A DNA stretch of 64,000 nucleotides from a bacterium (GTDB taxonomy: Bacteria > UBA8248): the NCBI GenBank assembly GCA_965213625.1, contig CBDBZU010000004.1, positions 58,126 through 122,125 on the forward strand. Direction: 5' to 3'. This document shows, piece after piece, positions 18,764 through 27,970 of the stretch (its first letter is position 1; every line of letters starts with the position of its first letter). The translations under genes were made by a program, and so were the position numbers. The notes under the pieces were generated by a model. That model did no database searches, was not told where the DNA came from, and was given only the letters and a program-made list of their open reading frames with translations.

Positions 18764-19178
18764 GTTACCTACCCGGCCCCCGACAGGCGCACCCTTGGAT
18801 ACGCAGGCGTTGTAACGAATCCGCTTGCGGTTTGATTACGGGTTATGGAGGGTGGATCTCGGAGACTCGGTAAAAGAAAATGATATCAATATGTTAGATG
18901 GATATGTGTCCAATCGAAACTAGTGGATGCACCTGATTTCTCGAAAAACCCCGTGAATTTGTCTAATTTTATCGATATTTCCAGATATTATTATTTGCAT
19001 ATTTCATGATCTGCGCCTGGACGAATCGCTCACCCGCCTCCATCGGTCCGCGCCCGCTCCATCTCCTGAAAAACCAATGGCCGACGGACGGCCTTCTCAG
19101 CATACCCCATCGCCCCGAAAATCCCGCCACGGCAAATGCGGGTCGAACCCGACCGAGGAGGTCAGTTCCGACCGAGAA

Positions 19179-19281
19179 GGGAGGAACTGACCGACTGAGA
19201 AGGGAGGAACTGACCGACCGGGGAGGGAGGAACTGACCGACTGAGAAGGGAGGAACTGACCGACCGGGGAGGGAGGAACTG
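19179..19281. repeat. Tandem repeat, 23-bp period (46-bp super-period), ~4.5 copies
   Basis: gggaggaactgaccgac + tgagaa or cgggga alternating, at 19179, 19202, 19225 and 19248, with a partial copy at 19271. It is preceded by ggtcagttcc (19163-19172), which is complementary to ggaactgacc of the first unit. Confidence 0.9.
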
Positions 19282-19635
19282 CTTCGCCGGCCGACCGGGC
19301 AGGTCAATCGTGGCTGGGGAAGGAGCGGTTGTTGTTTGCGCGCACCGACCCAAACGATCGGCCCTTCCAACTTACAGGCGCTCCCCTCCTCTCCCTTCAC
19401 CGCGAATGCCCTCCCCGGTTCCAGGCCGGACCACCCACTCCATACGCATGAAACGTGGCGGCGCTCTCCGGTGAAGCCGCATCAAACGCCCCACCAGATA
19501 CGATTTTGTCTCACCGAGGCGTTATGTTAGATTCATTCCATCATCTGGATTTAAAAGTTCGGCGAAAGTAATTCCGGGAGAAGACGAACTTCACGTCACC
19601 GCGCAGAAGCAGGCGGTGGAAACCCGAGGTTTCAC

Positions 19636-20538
19636 GTGGACCGAACCGACGCCCAAAAATCCCTCGACGCCCAGGACGTGAAACGCATCGCCCGCGAGTT
19701 GGGCGCAGACCTCGCAGGCGTCGCATCGGCGGAGGATTTCGCGGAAGCCGCTCCCGGCTGCCGACCCAGAGACTTGTTCAACATGGCGAACAGCGTCGTC
19801 GTCATCGCCAAACGCATCCCCTTCGCCGCGGCCACGCCCTATCCCAGCATCGGCGCGATGGAATTCGGCGAATACATCCCGGAAAATTTCCTGAACGAAG
19901 CCTGCTACCGCCTCTCGCTTCATCTCGAAGACGCGGGCTATCTCTCGGGCGCCACGCCATGCGGGCGCGACATCACGAGCTTCCGCGTGGAAGAAGAAGA
20001 CCCCGAGCCCAGGGTTTTCCTCCAGGGTTCCTTCGATTTGCGGCTCGCGGCGGTCAAGGCCGGCCTCGGGCATATCGGAGCCAACAACTGCCTCATCACG
20101 CCCAAGTACGGCTCCCGCGTCCGCCTGGGCGCGGTGCTCACCGAGGCGCGCCTCGCGCCTGACCCGCCCAACCAGTACGGCGTTGTTCCTGAGTTCTGCC
20201 GTGAATGTGGCTTTCGCTGCGTGGAGGCCTGCCCCGCGAACGCGCTCCCGGGCGACGGCACGGTCGATCACTACCGCTGCATGGTCATCCGGCCGGATCT
20301 GGTCGCGCCCGAAAAAGCCCTCACCCATTTCAAAAAACTGTTCCGGGGCAAGCCCCTCATCATGGCGGCCAAAGGCCTCTCCTACACTGACAGCCCGCCG
20401 CATGCCTGCAGCACCTGCATCGCCCTGTGCCCGATGGATCAGGGCCGCGATTTCGCAGATACGCCTTTTCACCGTGAATCCTGGTCCGATGAAGACGCGC
20501 GCAAGGTCATCGACCCGGCATTACTGGAGAATCCCTAG
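19636..20538 (+). CDS. QueG/reductive-dehalogenase-like 4Fe-4S protein (paralog 1)
   Basis: FDLRLAAVKAGLGHIGANNCLITPKYGSRVRLGAVLTEARLAPD, followed by the ferredoxin motif CRECGFRCVEACP and a second partial cluster motif CSTCIALCP. Confidence 0.6.
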   Translation: MDRTDAQKSLDAQDVKRIARELGADLAGVASAEDFAEAAPGCRPRDLFNMANSVVVIAKRIPFAAATPYPSIGAMEFGEYIPENFLNEACYRLSLHLEDAGYLSGATPCGRDITSFRVEEEDPEPRVFLQGSFDLRLAAVKAGLGHIGANNCLITPKYGSRVRLGAVLTEARLAPDPPNQYGVVPEFCRECGFRCVEACPANALPGDGTVDHYRCMVIRPDLVAPEKALTHFKKLFRGKPLIMAAKGLSYTDSPPHACSTCIALCPMDQGRDFADTPFHRESWSDEDARKVIDPALLENP

Positions 20539-20539
20539 C

Positions 20540-21385
20540 ATGGAAAACGGCCACGGAACCGGGATTTCCTCCGCCGACGTCAAGGCGCAGGCCCGTGAGT
20601 TCGGCGCGGACCTGGTGGGAATCTCATCGTGTGCGGGTTACGGAAAAGCGCTGCCCGGCTGCAAGCCCGAAGACCTCGTAAAGGACGCCAGGAGCGTCGT
20701 CGTCTTCGCGCGCCGCATGCCCTTCGGCAACGCCACCTCCCGGCCTACGGTGGGTTATCTGGAATTCGGCTATTACGGGCACGAGGCATGGATCAACAAG
20801 CTCTCATACCGCCTCGCGCTCTGGTTGGAGGATCAAGGACAGATGGCGCTGCCCACCCCCGCCGGGCGGGACATCCCCTCGCTCCGCATCCTGAGCGAAG
20901 GCGCGGAGCCCGAGGTCTTCATGCAAGGCTCCTTCGACTTGAGGCTCGCTGCGGTGAACGCAGGCATGGGCGAAATCGGCGTGAACAACAACCTCATCAC
21001 CGCCGAATACGGCTCGCGCCTGAGACTCGGAGCGGTCATCACGACGGCGGCGCTCGAACCCGACCCGCCCAGGCAATACGGCGTGGTGCCCGATTTCTGC
21101 GTGGAGTGCGGGTACAAGTGCATCAAGCCCTGTCCTGCGGGCGCCCTCCCCGGAGACGGCGCTGTGGACCACTACAAGTGCATGGTGATGTATCCCCAAA
21201 AAGTCTCGCCGGAAAAAGCCGTCGACGTCTTCAAGAAACGCTACGGCTACCCCGAACTCCAGCTCGCCGGGCGCATGATGGCCTTCACCGAGAACGCGCC
21301 GCACATCTGCGCGACCTGCATCACCCTGTGCCCGATGGACGAAGCGCGCCGCGTCAAAGAGAAGGCGAACGGCGGCGGGGACTGA
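20540..21385 (+). CDS. QueG/reductive-dehalogenase-like 4Fe-4S protein (paralog 2)
   Basis: MENGHGTG... starts 1 nt after the upstream stop. Architecture and motifs match paralog 1 (FDLRLAAVNAGMGEIGVNNNLITAEYGSRLRLGAVITTAALEPD, CVECGYKCIKPCP, CATCITLCP). Confidence 0.6.
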   Translation: MENGHGTGISSADVKAQAREFGADLVGISSCAGYGKALPGCKPEDLVKDARSVVVFARRMPFGNATSRPTVGYLEFGYYGHEAWINKLSYRLALWLEDQGQMALPTPAGRDIPSLRILSEGAEPEVFMQGSFDLRLAAVNAGMGEIGVNNNLITAEYGSRLRLGAVITTAALEPDPPRQYGVVPDFCVECGYKCIKPCPAGALPGDGAVDHYKCMVMYPQKVSPEKAVDVFKKRYGYPELQLAGRMMAFTENAPHICATCITLCPMDEARRVKEKANGGGD

Positions 21386-21786
21386 GACTTTAATCAGAAT
21401 TGCCAACCGACGAGAGAGAGGTGAACCACTTCCCTCTTGAGGTAGTTTCTGAAAAAGCCCTACTCGGTCGCAATTGACGAGCGGAGAGGAGCATGTTTGT
21501 AGGGGCCGCATACATGCGGCCCTGGTTTTTACGCCCACTAAATGGGACGCATTTATGCGTCCCCTACAACACGAATAGCGCTCGTAGGGGCTGTTCGCGA
21601 ACGGTGAGTATAACGGGCGAAGGCCGATGACGTGGGGGATCAATCCCGACTGAGAAAGGAGGATTGCGGTTTTGTTCGTCATTCCGGCGTCGAAAGCGAT
21701 TGATGAATGAGGGTTCGACTGAATCCATTATTTGCTTTTTTTACTACTTGATTGCTCCCCGCCAATGACGGGCAGATGTATAGCCC

Positions 21787-21814
21787 GTAGGGACAGGTCG
21801 CGACCTGTCCCTAC
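21787..21814. repeat. REP-like perfect 28-bp palindrome GTAGGGACAGGTCGCGACCTGTCCCTAC
   Basis: Perfect palindrome; an identical copy lies at 36156-36183. Relatives with the same GTAGGG...CCCTAC frame are at 21498-21522, 21544-21567, 33334-33361 and 33396-33420. Confidence 0.85.
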
Positions 21815-22037
21815 AACTGGATTCCACAATCCCCCCTTCACTAGTCGGGACTGACACCGGAATGACGGCAGTTAGCAACTCCAAGCGAGGCCGGGTTATT
21901 CAACAATCCTCCTCATTCGCATTCGACCCCCAAAAAGGGAATGATAAACACACCTGCTGGATACATTTCTGAATCAACCAACAAGAAAACTCACCAACTT
22001 AAGTATATAATCCCCTTTCTTTTCTTAGGAGCATGCA

Positions 22038-23270
22038 ATGCCGAAACCGCTGGAAGGATTCCGGGTGCTGGACTTGACCCAGTTCTACTCGGGTCCCTGG
22101 ACGACGCTCCTGCTCGCCGGTCTGGGGGCGGAGGTCATCAAGGTGAACCACCCGGCCACGGGCGACGTGGTGGCCATGGGGCCTCCTTTCGCGGGTCCAG
22201 AGGGCGTGTCCTTCCACCGCCAATCCGAGGACGACTTGGGCGTCGCTTATCTCAAGCGAACCCGCAACAAGAAATCCCTGACCCTGAACCTCAAGGAACC
22301 GCGCGGGCTGGACCTGTTCTACCGCCTGGTGGATGAGGCCGACGTGCTCGTCGAGAATTTCTCGGTGGGCGTCACCGGGCGGCTCAAAATCGACTACGAG
22401 ACGCTCAGCAAGCGCAACCCCGGGCTCATCTACTGCTCCATCACCGGCTACGGGCAAAGCGGCCCCGACGCGAAACTCAAGGGGTATGACGCCGTCACCC
22501 AGGCGGTCTCGGGCCTCATGAATCTCACGGGCTTTCCCGACGGCCCCCCCACCAAGGCTGGCTCCGCCATCGCGGACAGCATCGGGGGCACGTTCGCCTA
22601 CGGCGCCATCACCACCGCGCTCCTGCACCGCGAGCGCACGGGCGAGGGCCAGTGGATAGACGTCTCGATGGTGGACTGCCTCTTGTCCCTGGTATTCGAT
22701 GAGCCGATGGACTGCTACGACTCGCTGGGGCTGCCCGATAGGCTGGGAAACCGCATCATGCGCCTCTCCCCCTTCAACGCGTATCAGGCGAAGGACGGCT
22801 GGCTGGTGGTCGGTTCGGGCACTGACGCCCACTGGAACAACATCCTGCGCGCCGTGGGGCGCGAGGAACTGCTGGGCGACGCGCGCTATGCGGACCTGAG
22901 CGGCCGCATCACGAACAACGACGAGGTGGACGCCGTCATCACCGAGTGGACGGAAAAGCACACCGTGGATGAGGCGCTCGCGGAGTTGCGCTGCTTCGAC
23001 GTCATCTGCGGACCCGTCCACACCATCAGGGACATCCTCGCCTGGCCGCACCTGAAAGAGCGGGAAATGATTGAAGACCTCCCCCACCCCACGCTTGGCC
23101 CTCTGAGCGAAGTCAAAACGGCCGCTTTTCCGCTTAAATTCAACAAAACCCCCGGCGGCTACGACGCCCCCGCTCCGCTGAATGGTGAGCACAACGAGGA
23201 GATTCTGGGCGACCTGCTCGGCCTCTCGAAAGAAGAGATCGAAAAGCTCAAGCGAGACGGTGTTATCTGA
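22038..23270 (+). CDS. Family III CoA-transferase (CaiB/BaiF type)
   Basis: N-terminus MPKPLEGFRVLDLTQFYSGPWTTLLLAGLGAEVIKV and overall length are typical of the family. Confidence 0.85.
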   Translation: MPKPLEGFRVLDLTQFYSGPWTTLLLAGLGAEVIKVNHPATGDVVAMGPPFAGPEGVSFHRQSEDDLGVAYLKRTRNKKSLTLNLKEPRGLDLFYRLVDEADVLVENFSVGVTGRLKIDYETLSKRNPGLIYCSITGYGQSGPDAKLKGYDAVTQAVSGLMNLTGFPDGPPTKAGSAIADSIGGTFAYGAITTALLHRERTGEGQWIDVSMVDCLLSLVFDEPMDCYDSLGLPDRLGNRIMRLSPFNAYQAKDGWLVVGSGTDAHWNNILRAVGREELLGDARYADLSGRITNNDEVDAVITEWTEKHTVDEALAELRCFDVICGPVHTIRDILAWPHLKEREMIEDLPHPTLGPLSEVKTAAFPLKFNKTPGGYDAPAPLNGEHNEEILGDLLGLSKEEIEKLKRDGVI

Positions 23271-23371
23271 GAAATTACTCCTCAAGGTGTGTTGGAAACC
23301 CGGCTTCGGATGTGGGCGGTTTATGGGTGTTCGCTTAGGGGAAGGTATTGCCGACCTTCGAGATTACCCAC

Positions 23372-23510
23372 CGTCATTCCGGCGCATGCCGGAATCCAGA
23401 GCCGATGAGAAGGAGAAAAAGCAGCACTCCATTTTTTCACTCATTTGCGATGAATGATGGTAAAAGAACAAAAACAAAGTCACTGGATTCCGGCATGCGC
23501 CGGAATGACG
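23372..23510. repeat. MITE-like unit bounded by inverted hairpin repeats CGTCATTCCGGCGCATGCCGGAATCCA
   Basis: 23372-23398 and 23484-23510 are reverse complements of each other, and each is itself a hairpin. The same module occurs at 25034-25060 and 25215-25241, with partial copies at 21677-21689 and 21855-21868. Confidence 0.6.
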
Positions 23511-23643
23511 AACAAAACCAAACCTTCCGTATTCTCTTCCTTCTCGTTCAGCAAGGTCAAAAAAAGGGGGGGGGTAATTATTAAATTCACTCCGGTGGGG
23601 AGTGATCTCTGCAGGGATCGCAAGTCTGGCCTCTGCTAACAGG

Positions 23644-24822
23644 CTAGGTTTCCGTCGTAGTCTCGGGTTGCCAGTCCGGCGCCGTTCCACAGGCGGCGGC
23701 GACCAGCGAACGTGGGCGGATTCCGGGAGGCATGCCCTCGGGCTGGAAGTTGGTGCAGAAACCGAACGCCATGTTCCGCGCCCTGTCACAGAACGTGAAC
23801 GCCCCGCCGGAGCCGCCGTGGCCGAAGGCTTTCATGTTGCTTCCCATCAGTGTGTTGGGCGGGCAGTTGTGCATGAAGCCGAGGCCCATTCGCCGGACCG
23901 AACCGGTCATCGGGCAGATGCCCTCCCACTGAATTTTGGAGAGTTGCTCCACCGTTTCAGACTTGAGCAGGCGGACGCCGTTGATTTCTCCATTATTGGC
24001 CAGCATCGCGTACACGCGGGCGATGGCGCGCGCGTTACCGTGGCCGCCCGAGGATGGGTTCTCGCCCACGCGGTTCTCACGGCAGTTCACCAGATCGACG
24101 CCCAGCGGCCGGCTCCCCCATGCCCTGTTCAGCATCGTGCCGGACTTTTCGCCCAACTCCCAGAATTTGTTCTCGGGATTGCGGTGCATGGGCGCGACCC
24201 GCGCGAGTTCTTCCTCATTGAGCCCGACGTTGTAATCCGCACCCAGCGGACCCGTAATCTCCTCCCGGATGAAGTCGCGGATCCGCTTGCCGCTCACCCG
24301 GCGGACGATTTCGCCGTGGATGAACCCGAAGTTGATGGAATTGTAGGCGCCCTGCGAACCCGCGGGCCAGGCGGGTTCCTGGGCTGCGATAGCGGCCACC
24401 TGGGCCGGGTAATCGAAAAAGTCACCGGGCTTCGCGGCGTCGCAGAAGATGACGCCGCATTGATGGGAGATGGTGTGCCGGAGCAGAATGTTTTCCTTGC
24501 CGCTCTGGGCGAATTCCGGCCAATACCGCGCCACCGGTTCCTCCAGCGAAACCAGGCCCCGGTCCACGAGCATGTGGACGGAGAGCGCGGTGATGCTCTT
24601 GGCGATGGAACTCATGAGCACGATGGTGTCTTCCGTCCAGGGCTGCGTGCGGGCCTCGTCCCGGTGGCCTCCCCAGAGGTCCACGACTTTCTCGCCGTCC
24701 TTGTACACGCATACGGCGGCGCCAATCTCGCCCCGGCTCGCAAAATTTTCCCGGAACGTATCTTCCACCGCTGAAAAATCGCTGTGGCAATGCCCTTCCA
24801 CCCGGATATCGGCAACGCTCAT
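23644..24822 (-). CDS. Serine hydrolase of the beta-lactamase/esterase (class C-like) family
   Basis: SxxK motif in LMSSIAKSITALSVHMLVDRG; length ~390 aa. Confidence 0.8.
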   Translation of the reverse strand: MSVADIRVEGHCHSDFSAVEDTFRENFASRGEIGAAVCVYKDGEKVVDLWGGHRDEARTQPWTEDTIVLMSSIAKSITALSVHMLVDRGLVSLEEPVARYWPEFAQSGKENILLRHTISHQCGVIFCDAAKPGDFFDYPAQVAAIAAQEPAWPAGSQGAYNSINFGFIHGEIVRRVSGKRIRDFIREEITGPLGADYNVGLNEEELARVAPMHRNPENKFWELGEKSGTMLNRAWGSRPLGVDLVNCRENRVGENPSSGGHGNARAIARVYAMLANNGEINGVRLLKSETVEQLSKIQWEGICPMTGSVRRMGLGFMHNCPPNTLMGSNMKAFGHGGSGGAFTFCDRARNMAFGFCTNFQPEGMPPGIRPRSLVAAACGTAPDWQPETTTET

Positions 24823-24982
24823 ATTTTCCCCATCACTAAATGAAAATCCATGTTTATCGTCTGGATACGCCGCTCAAGACTATTATGAATTCATCCAGAA
24901 CAACAAATGGAGCATCCAGATATATCGATATGGAAATAGTCTTTTTTCCGAAAACGCAAATTATTAGCGAGACGGCCCTCAA

Positions 24983-25279
24983 GGGGCTGTTGAAAAAACC
25001 TTAACTCGCTTGAGATTGACCTTTGCCTTTGCTCGTCATTCCGGCGAAAGCCGGAATCCATTTTCTCCTTTGTCTTTGGCCTGGACGTCCTCGCTCCCAG
25101 CGAGGAAGATACGGACGCCGCCTCATATATCAGACTAATCCGTTCCGGATTCAGGCGCGGCGATCCCTCCCGCGAGTCGGAATCAAATACAAAAACGCAA
25201 GCAAAATCATAAAATGGATTCCGGCTTTCGCCGGAATGACGGTGGTTTTCCCGCATCAAGGGTCTTTTTCAACAACCCC
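24983..25279. repeat. MITE-like element (~297 bp) with terminal and subterminal inverted repeats
   Basis: The outer inverted repeats are ggggctgttgaaaaaacc (24983-25000) and ggtctttttcaacaacccc (25261-25279). The inner inverted hairpins are at 25034-25060 and 25215-25241. The TTTTTCAACA motif recurs at ~12045 and ~33285. Confidence 0.6.
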
Positions 25280-25310
25280 TCGGGCGCCGGCCTCCACCCC
25301 CGAAGGTTAA

Positions 25311-26186
25311 TTACTTATCCTTCCCTTCGTACACTTCGATGACACGGCTCGCGTCGTCTTTGCCCCAGCCGGCGGCCTCGGCCCGCTCGAACATCTTGCG
25401 CGCCGCGGGAACAATGGCGAGTTCAATCCCGTGCTCCTCGGCAAGCTTGATCGCGAGGCCCATGTCCTTCACGAATATTTCCACCGCACCGCGCGGGGCG
25501 AAATCCCGCTCGAACATTCTGGGGGCAGTCTGTGAAAGCATGGAACCTTGCACGGAACCCTTCGAGAGGCAGTGCTGCATAATCTCGTGCGAAAGGCCCG
25601 CGCGCTCGCCCACCACGATCAACTCGGCGAACAGCGCCGTGCACGAGTTGACGAATAGGTTGGTCACGACTTTCATGGTGGCCCCGGTTCCGCTCGGACC
25701 CGTGTGGGCCGCATCCGCCGCCAGCGGATCGAGAATCGGCTTTACCCGCTCGAAGACTTCTTTTTTGCCGCCCACCATGAAGGAAATGGTTCTCGTATCG
25801 ACCCTGTTGTGAGAACCCGATATCGGCGCATCCAGCATCTCGATGCCCCCGGCGGCGAGCCGCGCAGCCAGATCGGCCTGAAAGGAGGGCTCCATGGTGC
25901 TCATTTCGACGTGAATGTGGCCCTTCTTTCCGGCGGCGACAATGCCTTTCGGGCCGAACGTGTTTTCCTCGATGTGCTCTGGTTTCAGGAGTATGCTGAA
26001 AGTGATGTCGCTTTGCTCGGCCACTTCCTGCGCCGAAGCGGCGGGGCGTCCGCCTTCCTCCTCCAGCATCTTCATCCGCGCGGGGTCGATGTCGTAGCCG
26101 ACGATCTCGTGGCCGTCCGCCATCATCTGCCGCGAGAGCGGGAGCCCCATCTTTCCCAGTCCGATCATTCCAAGCTTTTCACTCAC
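25311..26186 (-). CDS. NAD(P)-dependent 3-hydroxyisobutyrate/6-phosphogluconate dehydrogenase-family oxidoreductase
   Basis: N-terminal Rossmann motif MIGLGKMGLPLSRQMMADGHEIVGYD; ~290 aa. Confidence 0.8.
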   Translation of the reverse strand: MSEKLGMIGLGKMGLPLSRQMMADGHEIVGYDIDPARMKMLEEEGGRPAASAQEVAEQSDITFSILLKPEHIEENTFGPKGIVAAGKKGHIHVEMSTMEPSFQADLAARLAAGGIEMLDAPISGSHNRVDTRTISFMVGGKKEVFERVKPILDPLAADAAHTGPSGTGATMKVVTNLFVNSCTALFAELIVVGERAGLSHEIMQHCLSKGSVQGSMLSQTAPRMFERDFAPRGAVEIFVKDMGLAIKLAEEHGIELAIVPAARKMFERAEAAGWGKDDASRVIEVYEGKDK

Positions 26187-26411
26187 GATTTTTCTCCTGT
26201 GCTAATTAATTAGAGTCATTCGATTATCGGAAATTTACGCGGCAACCGAGGGCGTGTCGGCAATGAATTGGAGGAGGAGAAAAGACCGACCCTCGAGAAG
26301 GACTGTTCCACGCCCGCGAGTGGAGAATCACCCGGCTGCAACGGTTCTGACGCCTCGGGCATATCGTCGACGAGGCTTCCACAACCGGGCGAGCGCCCCC
26401 ATCTATCCCGC

Positions 26412-27941
26412 CTATTCGGCGGAAGTTCCCCCGGTAAGCCCGAGTTTCGCCGCTCGGAACATGGCGGCCATGCTGTAGACCGCGGTGATGAGGGAGAGCA
26501 CGAGAATGGTCGCCGTGATGGGGCTGGACAGGAGCGCCCACATGTCCCCGCCCGATATCGTGAGCGCGCGGCTCAGGTTGATCTCGATGATCGGCCCCAT
26601 GATGAACGCGAGCACGATGGGCACAACGGGAATGTTGATCTTCTCGAAGAAATAGGCGAGCGCGCCCAGGATGAGCACCATGACGACGTGGGACGTGTAG
26701 TTCGCATACACGAAGCTGCCGACGACGATGAGGATCAGGACGAACGGCCCCAAGATGCGACGGGGCACCTTGGCGACGAGGCTGAAGGCGCGGGTGCCGA
26801 CGAGGCCCGTGCACAGGAGCATGAGGTTGATCACGAAAAGGCCGATGAACACCGTCATCACGAACGTACCGTTGTCGCGGAAGAGCAGCGGCCCGGGAAC
26901 CAGCCCCTTGCTGATCAGGACGCCCAGTAGAATGGCCGCGCCGCCCGAACCCGGAATGCCGAGCGAGAGCGAGGGCACGAGCGTGCCCGCGACCAGGGCG
27001 TTGTTCGAACACTCGGGCGCGGCGACGCCCTCGATAATGCCGGTGCCGAATTTATCCGAGCGCTTCGACCACCGCCTCTCCTCGCTGTAGGCCAGCATGC
27101 CGGCGATGGAGCCGCCCGCTCCCGGCACGGCGCCGACTCCCGTTCCGATCAAGCTCGCGCGAATCCAGGTGGGAATGAGACTGCGCACTTCCCACCGCTG
27201 AATCCGGTTGCGCTCATCGGCGGCGCCTTGAGAGGCGGTTTCTGTATTCTCAATCGTGCGCCGGTGCTCCACCAGGAGATGGAACGCCTCGGGCCCGGCC
27301 AGGAAGGCGATGATGACGACGACGAGCGGGATGCCGTCCATCAGGTAACCCTGGTCGAAGGTGAACCGCAGTCCGCCGAAGCCCGAACTCCCGACCGTGG
27401 CCAGCAGCAATCCGATGCCCGTCGCGAGGAAGCCGCGCGCGGCGTCTTTTCCGAAGAAGCTCGCCACTATCGACAGGCCGAACACGCCGACCGCGAACAA
27501 CTCGCCCGGTCCGAACATCAGGGCGACGTTGCCGAGCGAGGTGCCTGCGATGATGAAGATCAGCGTGCTCGTAACGCCGCCGATCACCCCCGAGTAGAGG
27601 GAGACGCGCAACGCCTTGCGCGCGAGTCCGTTGCGGGTCATCGCGTAGCCGTCGAGCACGGTGACGGCGGACGCACCCGTCCCCGGCGTGCGGATCAGGA
27701 TGGCCGGAATGGAGCTTCCGTATTCGACCCCCGAATAGACGGCGAGGAAGAACATGGTCGCGTGCTCCACGGGCATCGTGAAGGTCAGGGGAAAAAGAAG
27801 GGCCAGCGCCTGGGAACTGCCGAACCCCGGCATCGCGCCCATGAGGACGCCGATGGCGACTCCCCCCAGCATGATCGCAAGGATGGCGGGCGAGGCGAGT
27901 TGGCTGGTCGCTGCGAATATGTGCCCGAGAGTTCCTTCCAT
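26412..27941 (-). CDS. tctA: Tripartite tricarboxylate transporter, large permease TctA
   Basis: 509-aa polytopic membrane protein, in the operon order tctC-tctB-tctA. Confidence 0.85.
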   Translation of the reverse strand: MEGTLGHIFAATSQLASPAILAIMLGGVAIGVLMGAMPGFGSSQALALLFPLTFTMPVEHATMFFLAVYSGVEYGSSIPAILIRTPGTGASAVTVLDGYAMTRNGLARKALRVSLYSGVIGGVTSTLIFIIAGTSLGNVALMFGPGELFAVGVFGLSIVASFFGKDAARGFLATGIGLLLATVGSSGFGGLRFTFDQGYLMDGIPLVVVIIAFLAGPEAFHLLVEHRRTIENTETASQGAADERNRIQRWEVRSLIPTWIRASLIGTGVGAVPGAGGSIAGMLAYSEERRWSKRSDKFGTGIIEGVAAPECSNNALVAGTLVPSLSLGIPGSGGAAILLGVLISKGLVPGPLLFRDNGTFVMTVFIGLFVINLMLLCTGLVGTRAFSLVAKVPRRILGPFVLILIVVGSFVYANYTSHVVMVLILGALAYFFEKINIPVVPIVLAFIMGPIIEINLSRALTISGGDMWALLSSPITATILVLSLITAVYSMAAMFRAAKLGLTGGTSAE

Positions 27942-27970
27942 CTATCACTGCCCTTCCATCGAATACGGCC

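Noticed and set aside
18766-18792. GTGCGCCTGTCGG (minus strand, 18792 downwards) as the definitive 5' end of intron-like element A, split by the IS66-type element
   Set aside because: It is kept only as an alternative. No target-site duplication flanks the IS66-type element to prove a simple insertion. The site at 15399 shares 13 nt with the 5' end of element B, which makes it the better candidate. GTGCG alone is too frequent in GC-rich DNA to be decisive.
18880-19010. AT-rich ~130-bp island next to the right end of the IS66-type element, as a possible promoter or origin
   Set aside because: I could identify no repeated boxes, DnaA-box-like motifs or clear -35/-10 pair with a downstream gene. 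It is noted only as a compositional anomaly.
19179-19281. Possible CRISPR array
   Set aside because: The 23-bp units are directly abutting with only two alternating 6-nt tails. There are no unique spacers and no cas genes nearby. It is a plain tandem repeat.
20183-20539. N-terminal extension of the second QueG-like ORF (400-aa version in the ORF track)
   Set aside because: The extension overlaps the 3' third of the upstream paralogue in another frame and translates to low-complexity sequence. The homologous start MENGHGTG at 20540 aligns with the paralogue's N-terminus.
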